Assembly: GCA_950097015.1 (NCBI GenBank)
Contig: CATNEN010000003.1
Coordinates: 930,001-994,000 of the forward strand
From: Macrostomum hystrix
Lineage: Eukaryota > Animalia > Platyhelminthes
Length of the DNA stretch: 64,000 nucleotides
Direction of reading: 5' to 3'
Position 1 is the first letter of the stretch, and each line of letters begins with the position of its first letter. A program made the translations under genes and the position numbers. Below the pieces are notes generated by a model, which had not been told where the DNA came from, made no database searches, and saw only the letters and a program-made list of their open reading frames with translations. Shown here one piece after another: positions 23,061-35,761 of this stretch.

Positions 23061-25246
23061 GCAAACTGAATTGGGGTTTTTTGGTTTTGAGATTTATGTT
23101 GTTAATATATTATATTTATTAAGGTGCAGAATATATGGTCTTCAGCTCTGGCTCAGACATTGCTCATTTCTAATTACTCTACTTGTATAAGCAGAGGTGC
23201 ATGCCTGTGCAAGGTGCAGGGAATTAGCAGAAATACTTATTACTTATATTTCTGCAAGTTGATGATAAGTTGTTAATAGAAGATGCAGCAAATTTAGAGA
23301 GGATCTTTTAGATTTGATTCAGCTTTGGGTGACTCTTAATAGTCTGGCCAGTCTTTGGGGAAAAAAAGTCAGCAGCTTTAAGGAAATGACTTGAAATAGT
23401 TTGGTCAATCTATCAAATGGTCAGAATTAAAACATATACATCTTGGTCACTTTTTTGACTGCCATTATTGGGAGACCAGACACTTGGTCATTCCATCAAC
23501 CTATTTGACAAAATGGCAGTTGATGAACCCTAAATTAGCACTAGCACCCTAAATTATCTTCCAAAATTTTCTACAGTGTAACAAATAAATAAATATAATA
23601 AATAAAGTAAGAGCCTAAAAACCTGAGAACCAACTTTTTAGTTTTTGCTTCAGATTTAAAATAGAATTACTTGACTGCCAGAAAACCCCCAGCCACCACC
23701 AACCTCATGTCTACCCAACCAAGCTATCCAATAGACTATCATCTTTAATTCCCCCTAACCCTTACCCTAGCTATGGCAATCTTGGTATGTGGCAGTCTTG
23801 GTTCTATACCATAAAAACAATATTCAATTCTGCTATAAAATAAATTATGTCTAGAATATGGCCATATCAAGAATCATCAAGACTAAGGCACTGACAAACA
23901 ACTGCTTGCTTGTCTAAAGAACAGCTTAAAATAGTGGCTTTCCTAACTTTCACAACAGGAAAGTGATAGTAAAATACAAGTGTATGTTGCCTATGTTTTC
24001 AGTTTTTTGTCAGCAGTTCCTACATGTGTTCTAATGCCATCTTCTATGATTGGCCTGTCACATTGCAGGCATTACTATGACCAGTAATATTGTACAGTCT
24101 TTAAATAGTAACAATAATCCTATTTATTTAGCCAGGGTGGCAATGCTTCTGTTGTTATTGCCTTTGTTGATTGCATTGATTATCAATTGATGCTTTTTGT
24201 TGCTGATATTTGCATATAGTGCAGGTGGTATTCCAGCATCTTTGACATGGATTCTATTTTAGCATTTGATATGTGTTCATATTGTACTCTATTTTGGGAT
24301 CGACATGAACTGATATGGCTACTATACTATTATGCGTTTTTCTAGATTTTTGTGCTTTGTGCTTTATGCTTTGGTCACACATTTATATTATGTCCATATA
24401 GTAAAACACAGAAGTAAATTAATTATTCTTTTGGCTTGATTTTAAGGCTTAGCAGTGCACTAGACTAGCCTTAAAATAAAGTTTGATTCTATACTCAATC
24501 TGCCTTACTCTCAAGTTATAATATGAGTGTGTATTACTTATTAATAATTTTCCAGTTTTGGCCTTTTAAAATTTTAATTTCTTTCCCCACTGAGTAGGAT
24601 AAGTCTCTTAAGAATTACTTTCTTTAACTTTAAGTATTCATTTTTCACACCAAACAATTTGAAACTTTTTATAGCCTATTATATGACATACCCAAGGCAA
24701 AATGATCAAATACTATCATTTTAGCAAGCAAAGGTGTAAAAATATAGTGTTTAGCTTGAAGCTTAAAAACATTGAAATTCAAACAACAAAGTGGGTATTA
24801 AACAATTGCAATTTTTTTTAAGAAATATATTTTGTCTTTAGTCTTAAAGAGAATTTTAACACAATAGCATTTTCTAGGCCTGCCACAACTTGGCATCCCT
24901 TAACATTTTTCTTATTTAATATTGAGAAGAGAAAATGGATTGTCAAACTTAGAAATGGTTATGTTCATAAAATAATTGCTTAATTATTGTTGAGGTACAA
25001 ATAATGCAGACAGTGTTAAAGTTGACTTTTCAATGCTTTGTTTAACAATTCCAGTACCTACCATTTTGGTCCTATCCTTGCCCTTTAGCCCTTGGCTACC
25101 AATATACATAGTCAGTATTTATGTTTTAATATTGGTTTACTTTATATATTAATAATGGGGAGATATGGAGATACCTAATAAAACATAATATTGCTTATAT
25201 TTTTAGTGCTATACTTCCATAAATTAACAGACTGAGTGGTTACTAC

Positions 25247-27020
25247 ATGGCGGCTAGCAATGATGGCACTAATGGTATAGGAGGAGACCATGCTGCTACT
25301 AGTCTGAGCACTGTTGGCACAGCTTATGAGCAATGCCTTCGTCGAGCTATGGCTGCGATCTTGCTAGATTGCGGTTTTCAATCCAGCACTGGCAGGTGTC
25401 TGCGCCTGTTGCAGGTAAGCTGGGATTGTAATCAGTAATTAGTAATTAGTCTGCCAAGACTCATTATCTCTAGTGACACACAGTATGCCTGACTCATCTC
25501 TAGTGACACACAGTATGCCTGACTCATCTCTAGTGACACACAGTATGCCTGACTCATCTCTAGTGACACACAGTCTGCCTGACTCATCTCTAGTGACACA
25601 CAGTATGCCTGACTCATCTCTAGTGACACACAGTATGCCTGACTCATCTCTAGTGACACACAGTCTGCCTGACTCATCTCTAGTGACACACAGTATGCCT
25701 GACTCATCTCTAGTGACACACAGTCTGCCTGACTCATCTCTAGTGACACACAGTATGCCTGACTCATCTCTAGTGACACACAGTATGCCTGACTCATCTC
25801 TAGTGACACACAGTCTGCCTGGCTCATCTCTAGTGACACAGTCTGCCTGACTCATCTCTAGTGACACACAGTATGCCTGACTCATCTCTAGTGACACACA
25901 GTATGCCTGACTCATCTCTAGTGACACACAGTCTGCCTGACTCATCTCTAGTGACACAGTCTGCCTGACTCATCTCTAGTGACACACAGTATGCCTGACT
26001 CATCTCTAGTGACACACAGTATGCCTGACTCATCTCTAGTGACACACAGTATGCCTGACTCATCTCTAGTGACACACAGTCTGCCTGACTCATCTCTAGT
26101 GACACACAGTATGCCTGACTCATCTCTAGTGACACACAGTCTGCCTGGACTCATCGTTACTCCTGACGCCCATTCCGCAGGCGGCTCTTGAGCACTTTCT
26201 GCAGCAGGTGGGTCAGAGTGCTCGCGCCTACGCTGAAGCGGCTGGCCGCACTCAGCCAGTCCTGGGTGATGCCACAATGGCCCTGGTCGACTATGGCATC
26301 ACCGTGTCGTCATTGATAGATTTCGCTCGCCAGCCGCGCCAGCAGTCGCAGTTTAGACTGCGTAACATCCCGGCCGTGTTCGGGCACGACTGGCTCTCCG
26401 AGGCCGCATTGAAGCGTTCGTCCAATGCTGACAGGCGAATCCAACAGAGTCAGCAGCAAACTGACCGGCCCAGTCATATTCCGGATCACCTGCCGCCGTA
26501 TCCGCGGCCACACACTTTTGTATCCACGCCGGCATTTCGTCTCCGTCATTTTCATCAGCGTTCCAGCGCTAGTAGGCGCCGCATTAAAAGACAACAAAGA
26601 CCCAACGCCAACAATGTCGCTAGCGATGATGAAGACAATTTCGGAAATGTCAACAATGCCACTAATAGTAGCTTAAATGACCCAGCCGATGGCGAGCCGG
26701 ATACCGAGGAGTCCGAAGTGTTTCGTCGCAGAGCAGCTGAGCATCGTCGGCAGACAGAACTGGCGCTGACTCGATTCCTAGCCGCTACTGGCCAGACGCA
26801 TTCGCTGTTTCTAGGCGAATCAGCTGCAGCCAATGAGAAACCGCCGGCCTTGGATCCATTCCGACTGACAGCCAATGAGCTCAATCCGCGACCATTCGTG
26901 CCCGCTTTGATGTCTGCCATCGCTGGCGTCGCCGATGAGGTCCAATCAGCGGCGTCGCCAGTCAAGCCGCGGCCGAATCATCCCAATCCATTTTTGAGGC
27001 CGCCGAAATTTCCTATGTGA
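25247..27020 (+). CDS. TAF8: TFIID subunit 8 (histone-fold/BTP domain plus TAF8 C-terminal domain), 2 exons
   Basis: Exon 1 25247-25414 (LRRAMAAILLDCGFQS, donor gtaag) and exon 2 26181-27020 (VGQSARAYAEAAGRTQPVLGDATMALVDYG; HIPDHLPPYPRPHTFVSTP; RRQTELALTRF; NPFLRPPK). Confidence 0.9.
25450..26148. repeat. 30-bp minisatellite filling the TAF8 intron
   Basis: Unit tagtgacacacagtatgcctgactcatctc. Confidence 0.97.
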
Positions 27021-27409
27021 TTTGTGCGCCTACTCTGTTTGTCCATGTCTCATTATCACATCTGCTAAGTATTGTACAGTTCGTTTGTGCAAATCTCTCT
27101 GATTCAGTTAGTAAACGTTTGCGTTGTCTCAAGCATTATGTACTTTTTACAAAGTTTTTTAAGCATACGTTTTAGATTTGTTATCATTTGATTAAAATAT
27201 TTTTTGAAATGTTAGCCTAGCTATAGCTGTTAAGTAAGTTTTCATTCTCTTGATTTTCATTGTCAATACAATACGTAATTACATAATTGGTCATTACACA
27301 GGGTCTTAGTTAGTTATCTCTGAGACTTAAGATTTGCCAATAGTCATTCCTGCGTCACTAGATTCGGTCGTACTTGATTCTGTGTCTTTAGATTCAATCA
27401 TACTCAATT

Positions 27410-29315
27410 ATTTGTCATAGTCGTCTCTGAGTCTTTAGATTCGGTCATAGTGGTCTCTGAGTTTTTAGATTCGGTCATAGTGGTCTCTGAGTTTTTAGAT
27501 TCGGTCATAGTGGTCTCTGAGTTTTTAGATTCGGTCATAGTGGTCTCTGAGTCTTTAGATTCGGTCATAGTCGTCTCTGAGTTTTTAGATTCGGTCATAG
27601 TGGTCTCTGAGTCATTAGATTCGGTCATAGTGGTCTCTGAGTCTTTAGATTCGGTCATAGTGGTCTCTGAGTCTTTAGATTCGGTCATAGTGGTCTCTGA
27701 GTCTTTAGATTCGGTCATAGTGGTCTCTGAGTTTTTAGATTCGGTCATAGTGGTCTCTGAGTCTTTAGATTCGGTCATAGTGGTCTCTGAGTTTTTAGAT
27801 TCGGTCATAGTGGTCTCTGAGTCTTTAGATTCGGTCATAGTGGTCTCTGAGTTTTTAGATTCGGTCATAGTGGTCTCTGAGTCTTTAGATTCGGTCATAG
27901 TAGTCTCTGAGTCTTTAGATTCGGTCATAGTCATCTCTGAGTCTTTAGATTCGGACATTGTGGTCTCTGAGTCTTTAGATTCGGTCATAGTGGTCTCTGA
28001 GTCTTTAGATTCGGTCATAGTGGTCTCTGAGTCTTTAGATTCGGTCATAGTGGTCTCTGAGTCTTTAGATTCGGTCATAGTAGTCTCTGAGTCTTTAGAT
28101 TCGGTCATAGTGGTCTCTGAGTTTTTAGATTCGGTCATAGTGGTCTCTGAGTCTTTAGATTCGGTCATAGTGGTCTCTGAGTCTTTAGATTCGGTCATAG
28201 TAGTCTCTGAGTCTTTAGATTCGGTCATAGTGGTCTCTGAGTCTTTAGATTCGGTCATAGTAGTCTCTGAGTCTTTAGATTCGGTCATAGTCGTCTCTGA
28301 GTCTTTAGATTCGGTCATAGTGGTCTCTGATTCTTTAGATTCGGTCATAGTGGTCTCTGAGTCTTTAGATTCGGTCGTAGTAGTCTCTGAGTCTTTAGAT
28401 TCGGTCATAGTGGTCTCTGAGTCTTTAGATTCGGTCATAGTTGTCTCTGAGTCTTTAGATTCGGTCATAGTAGTCGCTGAGTCTTTAGATTCGGTCATAG
28501 TGGTCTCTGAGTCTTTAGATTCGGTCATAGTGGTCTCTGAGTCTTTAGATTCGGTCATAGTGGTCTCTGAGTCTTTAGATTCGGTCATAGTGGTCTCTGA
28601 GTCTTTAGATTCGGTCATAGTGGTCTCTGAGTCTTTAGATTCGGTCATAGTAGTCTCTGAGTCTTTAGATTCGGTCATAGTGGTCTCTGAGTCTTTAGAT
28701 TCGGTCATAGTGGTCTCTGAGTCTTTAGATTCGGTCATAGTGGTCTCTGAGTCTTTAGATTCGGTAATAGTGGTCTCTGAGTCTTTAGATTCGGTCATAG
28801 TGGTCTCTGAGTCTTTAGATTCGGTCATAGTTGTCTCTGAGTCTTTAGATTCGGTCATAGTAGTCTCTGAGTCTTTAGATTCGGTCATAGTAGTCTCTGA
28901 GTCTTTAGATTCGGTCATAGTGGTCTCTGAGTCTTTAGATTCGGTCATAGTGGTCTCTGAGTCTTTAGATTCGGTCATAGTTGTCTCTGAGTCTTTAGAT
29001 TCGGTCATAGTAGTCGCTGAGTCTTTAGATTCGGTCATAGTGGTCTCTGAGTCTTTAGATTCGGTCATAGTTGTCTCTGAGTCTTTAGATTCGGTCATAG
29101 TAGTCGCTGAGTCTTTAGATTCGGTCATAGTAGTCGCTGAGTCTTTAGATTCGGTCATAGTTGTCTCTGAGTCTTTAGATTCGGTCATAGTAGTCGCTGA
29201 GTCTTTAGATTCGGTCATAGTAGTCGCTGAGTCTTTAGATTCGGTCATAGTTGTCTCTGAGTCTTTAGATTCGGTCATAGTAGTCGCTGAGTCTTTAGAT
29301 TCGGTCATAGTCGTC
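27410..29315. repeat. 30-bp minisatellite, ~63 copies
   Basis: Unit tggtctctgagtctttagattcggtcatag. Confidence 0.98.
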
Positions 29316-29476
29316 CCTAAATCAGTAAATCTATCATTATCGTCTTTGAGTCATTAGACCGTGGAATAGGCCAAAAGTCGTTCCTTTCCCTAAGATTTGT
29401 ATTCAGTAGCAACTGTTTTACTCAGGTATTTGTTCTATCCTTCAAGCGCTAGTCACGTGACGCATCACCGGGCCAG

Positions 29477-32110
29477 ATGCGCCTTCGCTGTCAGAATCTG
29501 CCGGCTCTGATGCGGGCCGTTGGCCAACTGGAAGAATCCACAGGCGCAGATTTTTGCACCTCAACCAGACGCTCGCTGACAAAGTATGTCGCCGAGTTGA
29601 CTTCGGATTCTCAATATCCGGGAAGGAGGCATCAGCGGCGCAGTTTTCAGCCGCTGTTCAGAGATCGAGATTCCTCCAGCTCGCTGGACACCTTCTGCGC
29701 GAAATCCAGCCGCCTATTGGACTGGGACGGCACTCCGCACATTGTGGTCATGACCGAGTATCGTTGGTGCTCTATGCGAGCTCCGAAGTCTTTGGGCAGA
29801 AATCGGACTCAACCGGTGCTGCTCATGCATCGGCGACGTGGCCACAGGTCCGTTGATGACACAGCTGTTGGCACAGGCGTTGGCACTGGCTGCTCAGCCT
29901 GCGTCATTATCAAAGCTGTGATGAGATTTCCGCAATACCGCTTGGAAACAGGAGACCGCGGCCTGCAATCTCTCATTAGTCACCGTTTGCGCTATCTAAT
30001 GTCGCGTCGACAATATCCCGGAGAAGTATGGTATTATGCATATTTTCCATCGGTTAGTGAGCACAATCATCCTCTGCTGCCCGCGGTACCGGCACAGCAT
30101 CAGAATCTACTGGGCGATCCGTCTGATCATTCTTTTCTGTTGACTCTGGATTCTTTAGGCCAGCTAGTTGCTAGGCAACCAGCTAAAGACGAAACGACGA
30201 GCGGTTTGGGTGATAGCAAAGGTTAGTTGCTACGTGGTACAGGTTAATTTTTTATAGCTCGTTAGCTTAAGAGTCTGTTTTAAGACTAACCTCATACTCC
30301 TGAATGTTCAGTGGAAGGCCTGACCCAATTATCTTACTCCTGAAGGTCAAGTGGATAGCCTGACCCAATTATCTTACTCCTGAAGGTCCAGTGGATAGCC
30401 TGACCCAATTATCTTACTACTGAAGGTCCAGTGGATAGCCTGACCCAATTATCTTACTCCTGAAGGTCCAGTGGATAGCCTGACCCAATTATCTTACTCC
30501 TGAAGGTCAAGTGGATAGCCTGACCCAATTATCTTACTCCTGAAGGTCCAGTGGATAGCCTGACCCAATTATCTTACTCCTGAATGTCCGGTGGATAGCC
30601 TGACCCAATTATCTTACTCCTGAAGGTCCAGTGGATAGCCTGACCCAATTATCTTACTCCTGAAGGTCCAGTGGATAGCCTGACCCAGTTATCTTACTCC
30701 TGAATGTCCGGTGGATAGCCTGACCCAATTATCTTACTCCTGAAGGTCCAGTGGATAGCCTGACCATATTATCTTACTCCTGAAGGTGCACTAGAAGACT
30801 AGGCCTATTTTTGTTTTCTCGGACTGAAAGTAGTATGTTCGCAATTTTCCAATGCTGCAACAGAAACAGGCCATCAGCTCCGTCTACTTCGCCAGCTGGA
30901 CATGTCCGACTGCGTGATGCGATCTGAGAGCAGCTTTCAAGCACTGCTCAATAGACTGCGCCAATATTTGAAACAACGACAAAGCCAGCTGAAACAGCAA
31001 AGACACATACCTGCTACTAACAGTAGCATCAATAGTAGCTTGGTAACTGATTATCGCCCATCTCCTATTGATTGGCGCGATTCGCTTGTTGGCGTTGATC
31101 TAGACGATGACAGTAATGACGGATTGGACGATCCGGCATCGACTGTAGCTTCTGTGTCGATTGCTGCCGCCACTGCTGCTGCCACTGATTTGACTGCGGT
31201 CAGAGGAGTACGTGTATCTAAAACATGTGATTCGAAATCATTCGTGTTTCAGTTAATGATTTTTTTATTTTAGCTTCATTGAATCTGAGATCTAGACATC
31301 AGAATTTCTTTTTGTCAGTTTTTTAGGAATGTTTGTTATTAAATTAAAAGATTTTAAATTTCATTTTCTGGTACTAAGAAAATTTAAATATAGTATTGTG
31401 AATACGTTGAAAAATTGCAGTAACATGTAGTGACTGGCAGAGCGGTAAACGGGTTCCCTCTCAGTCTCGCACCAAGGTTCCTTGGCTCGATTCCGCGGCG
31501 AGACTACATTCATTTAGGGCGCAGCCGCGGAGAGAAGGCTTTAGGTACACTGCCTGACAATGATAAAGTCAAGGCAGATGTACACACCTGCGCTCAGGAG
31601 TCTGCAAAATGGGCAGTATTGCCTCCTCGCTGGCTGCGAGTCTACTGCCACCAAATGATGTGCCACTGCCTACAGGCCTTAATTCTGGTCTGTTCTCAAA
31701 TAATCTTACAGGATGACGTCACCGACGGCAGCGATTGCGCAATTTTCATCGACGCCGATAGTCAACAAAATGTGCTTGACCAAGAAATCGGCGATGTTGA
31801 ACTAGATGACAATCTAGGCCACATTGGCGAGGATCGTGACAGTGTCGATATTAAAAATGAAGCTTCTAGACCGATGGATATTGAATGGAAGCCTCGACGC
31901 GGTCGACCTCTCAAGGATCCTCTGCTGCCCAGATCTGCCAGATTGACAGCCTCTGAAGTTCGCTGGTTTCAATGCGGCGGTGTTGGCGCCCTCGGTGCGA
32001 CATCCGCCACCGTGGCTGATCGTTTAGAAGCCGCCGAGGCAAGGATTGGCCGGCTGGAGAGTCAGGTTGCTCAGCTGACCTCTTTGATTGGATGCGATCC
32101 TACTATATAA
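29477..32110 (+). CDS. Calcium-responsive transcription factor (CaRF/ALS2CR8 domain)-like protein with AT-hook and C-terminal coiled coil, 3 exons
   Basis: Exons 29477-30221, ~30864-31207 and 31712-32110. The motifs WDGTPHIV...C, CSACVIIKAVMRFPQYRL and YYAYFPSVSEHNH resemble, from memory, CaRF (WDGIPFV, CPARIYIKKVQKFPEYRV, WYVQLP...H). KPRRGRP is AT-hook-like and DRLEAAEARIGRLESQVAQL is a heptad repeat. Confidence 0.7.
30290..30790. repeat. 40-bp minisatellite
   Basis: Unit tgacccaattatcttactcctgaaggtccagtggatagcc. Confidence 0.96.
31430..31670 (+). mobile_element. tRNA-derived SINE, family B
   Basis: tggcagagcgg A-box and ggctcgattcc B-box; homologous to 6305-6600. Confidence 0.75.
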
Positions 32111-32259
32111 CTTTGTTGCATTTCTGCCATGTGTTCATTGACTGTAGTCTGTTAAATCCCTCATAGGCCTCATCCCTCACAATGTCTCATAGGCTTTTGT
32201 TTATTTTGAAGATAGTCCAAGCGGTTAAATGATGTCATTATCATTCTAACCGCTTGGAC

Positions 32260-32470
32260 CTCTCTGATTGGCTGCAATCTTATCAGATTTATTTGTAACT
32301 CATTGGAGCTCTCTGATTGGCTGCAATTTTATCAGATTTATTTGGAACTCATTGGAGCTCTCTGATTGGCTGCAATCTTATCAGATTTATTTGTAACTCA
32401 TTGGAGCTCTCTGATTGGCTGCAATCTTATCAGATTTATTTGTAACTGATTGGAGCTCTCTGATTGGCTG
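32260..32470. repeat. 49-bp tandem repeat rich in ATTGG (inverted CCAAT)
   Basis: Unit tctctgattggctgcaatcttatcagatttatttgtaactcattggagc, about 4.3 copies. Confidence 0.9.
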
Positions 32471-33049
32471 TGATAGAATCAGAGTATCAGTTTAACCCCC
32501 TAGGTCACTTCGACCTAGTCATTCGATTCGCCGTTGTTCAAGCGGGTTTTTAGTCAAAGCGTTCTATAATTACTAGGACTATTTTTAGATACGGTAAAAT
32601 AAAAATCAATTATTGTCTTAGCTGTATCGAATAGAGAGACATCGGCGCATGGCTTAGTAACTAAATTGTACTTTGTGATGTTTGAAATATAATATCGATT
32701 TTTCGCTTACAGGCTTGTTTACACATTTAGCAGTCTAGTTAGTCTACATGTTTACGCGGCAATCCTTTCTTTACATTATTATGCAATTCTTTTTAGTGCT
32801 TTTTGCTTTAGTCTTATCAAAATTTTGTAGATGCTTCGTTTCATATGTTAATATAGGCGTCTTCTGACTATACTTCTGACTTACTAGTGCATTACTTGTT
32901 ATTGTTAGATATATCCTGATGTCATGTTCTGTTTTAATAAATCTGTTTTATTCAAATTGTACGCTTCGTTTTTCTTTGCTTATTTTTGAGTTCACTGATT
33001 TAGTCGTAGTTATATATTTCATTTGTAGGATAATCATGGTTTTACTGTA

Positions 33050-33280
33050 GGGGTTGTGGCCTAGTGTGGCCGGTCACTGCGACTCAAAGGTCGGGGTTTC
33101 TATTCCCGACTCCAAACTGAACAGTTTTTTACCATTAGCAAGACATTTAACTCTGCCTTGCTTCAGTTCACCCAGCTGTTAAATGGGTACCAGTTGGGTT
33201 AATTGAGGCTGGGTATGGCGTCCCACCCAGTCCATGGACTGAACAGCCGTACGCAGCCTACAGATGCGCCGCGCAATAGC
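33050..33280 (+). mobile_element. tRNA-derived CORE-like SINE, family A
   Basis: A/B-box head (gtggcctagtg...ggtcggggtttctattcccgac) and CORE-like body (gcaagacatttaac...gcttcagttcacccagctgttaaatgggtacc). Other copies at ~2125-2310, ~6187-6300 (minus) and a head only at ~47843-47920. Confidence 0.75.
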
Positions 33281-33363
33281 TGCTGCTTTGCTGTCGAAAG
33301 CACATGTTACCTAATTAGGGCAGGTGAAATCAATTATTTAATTATTTATTTATAGTTCTTTAA

Positions 33364-33756
33364 ATGTAGGACTACCAAGCCATTTTCCCGCCCGTTTTTA
33401 TACCATAAACGGGCGGCAAAAGGTCGGTGACCGTCGAAGTCGGAGATGGTGCAAGCACATTCGGGTGACATGCTGATAAAGTTTGAAGGTCTGGAAAGGC
33501 CGCACTGAGGCGCAGTGCAAATTCGTGTATGGGGTGAATGAAATACACTAGCTCTCATGGGAAAAATCGGACCTTCGGCCAGAAACATTGAATATCTCGA
33601 CGGTCTGAAGAGCTGGCGACTTGTTTCTTGTTTCAGAAGATGCACAACAAAAAGTTGGCCCGTGTTCTTGAGTTTCGTGTGCTTGCATTGTTACGTTCGG
33701 GTGCAGCAAAAAAATTGCCAGGGGAGGGCGGAAATCCCCCCTTTGTAGTTCTACTG
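33364..33756. mobile_element. Second copy of the TTAA-flanked MITE
   Basis: Shares blocks with 35301-35761 (gtaggactac, gcacattcgggtgacatgctgat, ggccgcactgaggcgcagtgc, gtagttctactg-TTAA). The left end is degenerate. Confidence 0.75.
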
Positions 33757-33850
33757 TTAATAATATGAGAATACGGATGCTATCAAAAAATAGGCCAGGT
33801 TTGCTGTTGTTTCTTTTCGCTGATCAAGCCGACCCTGTCTCTGTTTTCAG

Positions 33851-34111
33851 GCGCCCAAAGGAACAGCCACGGCCGCCGCCGCTCGCAATCGTCGTCGCGA
33901 GCCGGGCGTCCGTACCATCTACCGCGCTGCCGATGTGGCCGGAAATCGCGGCCAGGATGACATCGACTCGCTCATCAGCTTCATCAATGGCAACAGCCCG
34001 GCTATTAAGAAAGCTGCCAGTGGCAAAATGAAAACAGCTGCTGTTACTGGGAAACCCAATGCCACTGCTGAAGACTCCGGCAATTCGTCTAAGGGCAAGG
34101 ATTCTTCATAG
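33851..34111 (+). CDS. ATG-less 86-codon terminal exon, short paralog of the 36041-37675 protein
   Basis: Strong acceptor ctgttttcag, then APKGTATAAAARNRRREPGVRTIYRAADVAGNRGQDDIDSLISFINGNSPAIKK...KDSS*. An in-frame TGA lies at 33821 and there is no ATG before the motif. Confidence 0.6.
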   Translation, partial: APKGTATAAAARNRRREPGVRTIYRAADVAGNRGQDDIDSLISFINGNSPAIKKAASGKMKTAAVTGKPNATAEDSGNSSKGKDSS

Positions 34112-35300
34112 GTTTAAGAAAGTCATTCAGCAATCAGAAACTAATGTTGCGAAGGAAATTTTCTACTATGATTATCAATACTAGTGCCTAATGGGTTATA
34201 CTTTATCACCTATCTACTCAAGACGTAGTCATTTAATCTAAGTTTATTATTTTCTTTTGGTCCTCTGATTGGATTTATTAAAGCTGTATTTCGTTTATTG
34301 TCGTTTGGATCTCTCTGATTGGCTGGCAGAAGCAAATATACTTTTCTCTAACCCTCAACGCTCTCTGATTGACTGAGTGACTTAAAAAAATTATTTTCTA
34401 ACCCTCGGAGCATTTTTATTGGCTAGGTCATATTTAAATGCTCTTTCTCGCGGGTATTTTAGATACGCTAGAATTAAAGTACGATTAGAAAATATCATTT
34501 AGTATTACAGAAATACGTTACTCATTTATCTCTTCCTCGCTTACCAACTCTTCACAAGTTTAACTTAAGGATACTGTGTTGTATAATTATTCTCAAATAA
34601 CTTCTATGTGGATAGAGATTCTTATCCTTTTCTAATTATGTATTCGCATTGCGCAAATGCTTATCAAAAGAATTTTCTGATTTGCTGGTATTTTTATTTG
34701 ATTACTTTTATTGTCTCATTAACGCTAAGTTAACTTTTTAAAGCAATTATATTTTTAGATTCTTCCCCGGTTACAATAACAAGCGCATGACGGTATGTGT
34801 GCATCAAGTAAATGGGTATAAAATGGTTAAAGGTTTATTTACTCAGAGGCTTGCATAGCAAATTGGTTCACTCTATTAGCTACTGTAAGTAGCCGATGCG
34901 CCTAAAACGAATATTTCCTTTATATGCTCTACAATAGTTCAGTTTTTATTTTTGGTGTCGTCTTTAGGAAATATTGCGCTTTTTCCTGTTAAAAGAACAT
35001 TCGTAACACAAGATCTCTCTTTATTTTGTACTTGTTTTTAATTAGTTAAACTGTTGTTAAACACCAAAACAATGCTATGCTTGCTACTTTTTCTACTTGA
35101 AAAACTTTTTCCTATCCAAGCTATGCTATAGCAGCTTTGTTATTATTACTGATTTTGTGAGGCCTATAAAGATCAACAAATATATAATTCCCTATTTGCT
35201 TTTAAACTCTTCTGTGCTTCCTAACTTAAATACCCTTTACCTATTTGCCATCCATTTGATCTCTAATCATAACCTACCTATATTTACCTGCATTCATTAA

Positions 35301-35761
35301 CAGTAGGACTACAAAGCCATTTTGCCGCCCGTTTTTTTACCAAGGTGGAATTCCCCAACAGCGTTGAGTTGTGACTGATTGGTTGACAGTCTAGCCGATT
35401 GTGTCCTGTGGTTGAGCTGCGCCTAATATTTAGGCTTCATCAGTGAAATTGGAGAAATTAGCATCAATGTGTCCATAGTGACATATTTCAACCTTCTAGC
35501 CGTCTAGATAAAGGTAGGTGACCAGCAAAGACGGAGATGATGCAGGCACATTCGGGTGACATGCTGATCAATTTTAAAGGCCAGGCAAGGCCGCACTGAG
35601 GCGCAGTGCTAATTTGTGTATAGGGGTGTGTGAAATACCCTAGCGCTTACAGTAAAAATCTGACTTTCGGTTTCTTTAGTTTCGTGTGCTTGCGTTGCTC
35701 CGTTCGGGTGCAGCACAAAAATTTTACGGGGGTGGGAATTTTCCCCTTGGTAGTTCTACTG
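35301..35761. mobile_element. TTAA-flanked (piggyBac-like) MITE
   Basis: TTAA-cagtaggactac...gtagttctactg-TTAA. Confidence 0.8.

Noticed and set aside
27404-29357. 634- and 635-aa ORFs on both strands (TMTESKDSET / VIVVSESLDS repeats)
   Set aside because: They are by-products of a stop-free 30-bp unit, with no signal peptide, unique domain or splice context, and they behave like the intronic arrays.
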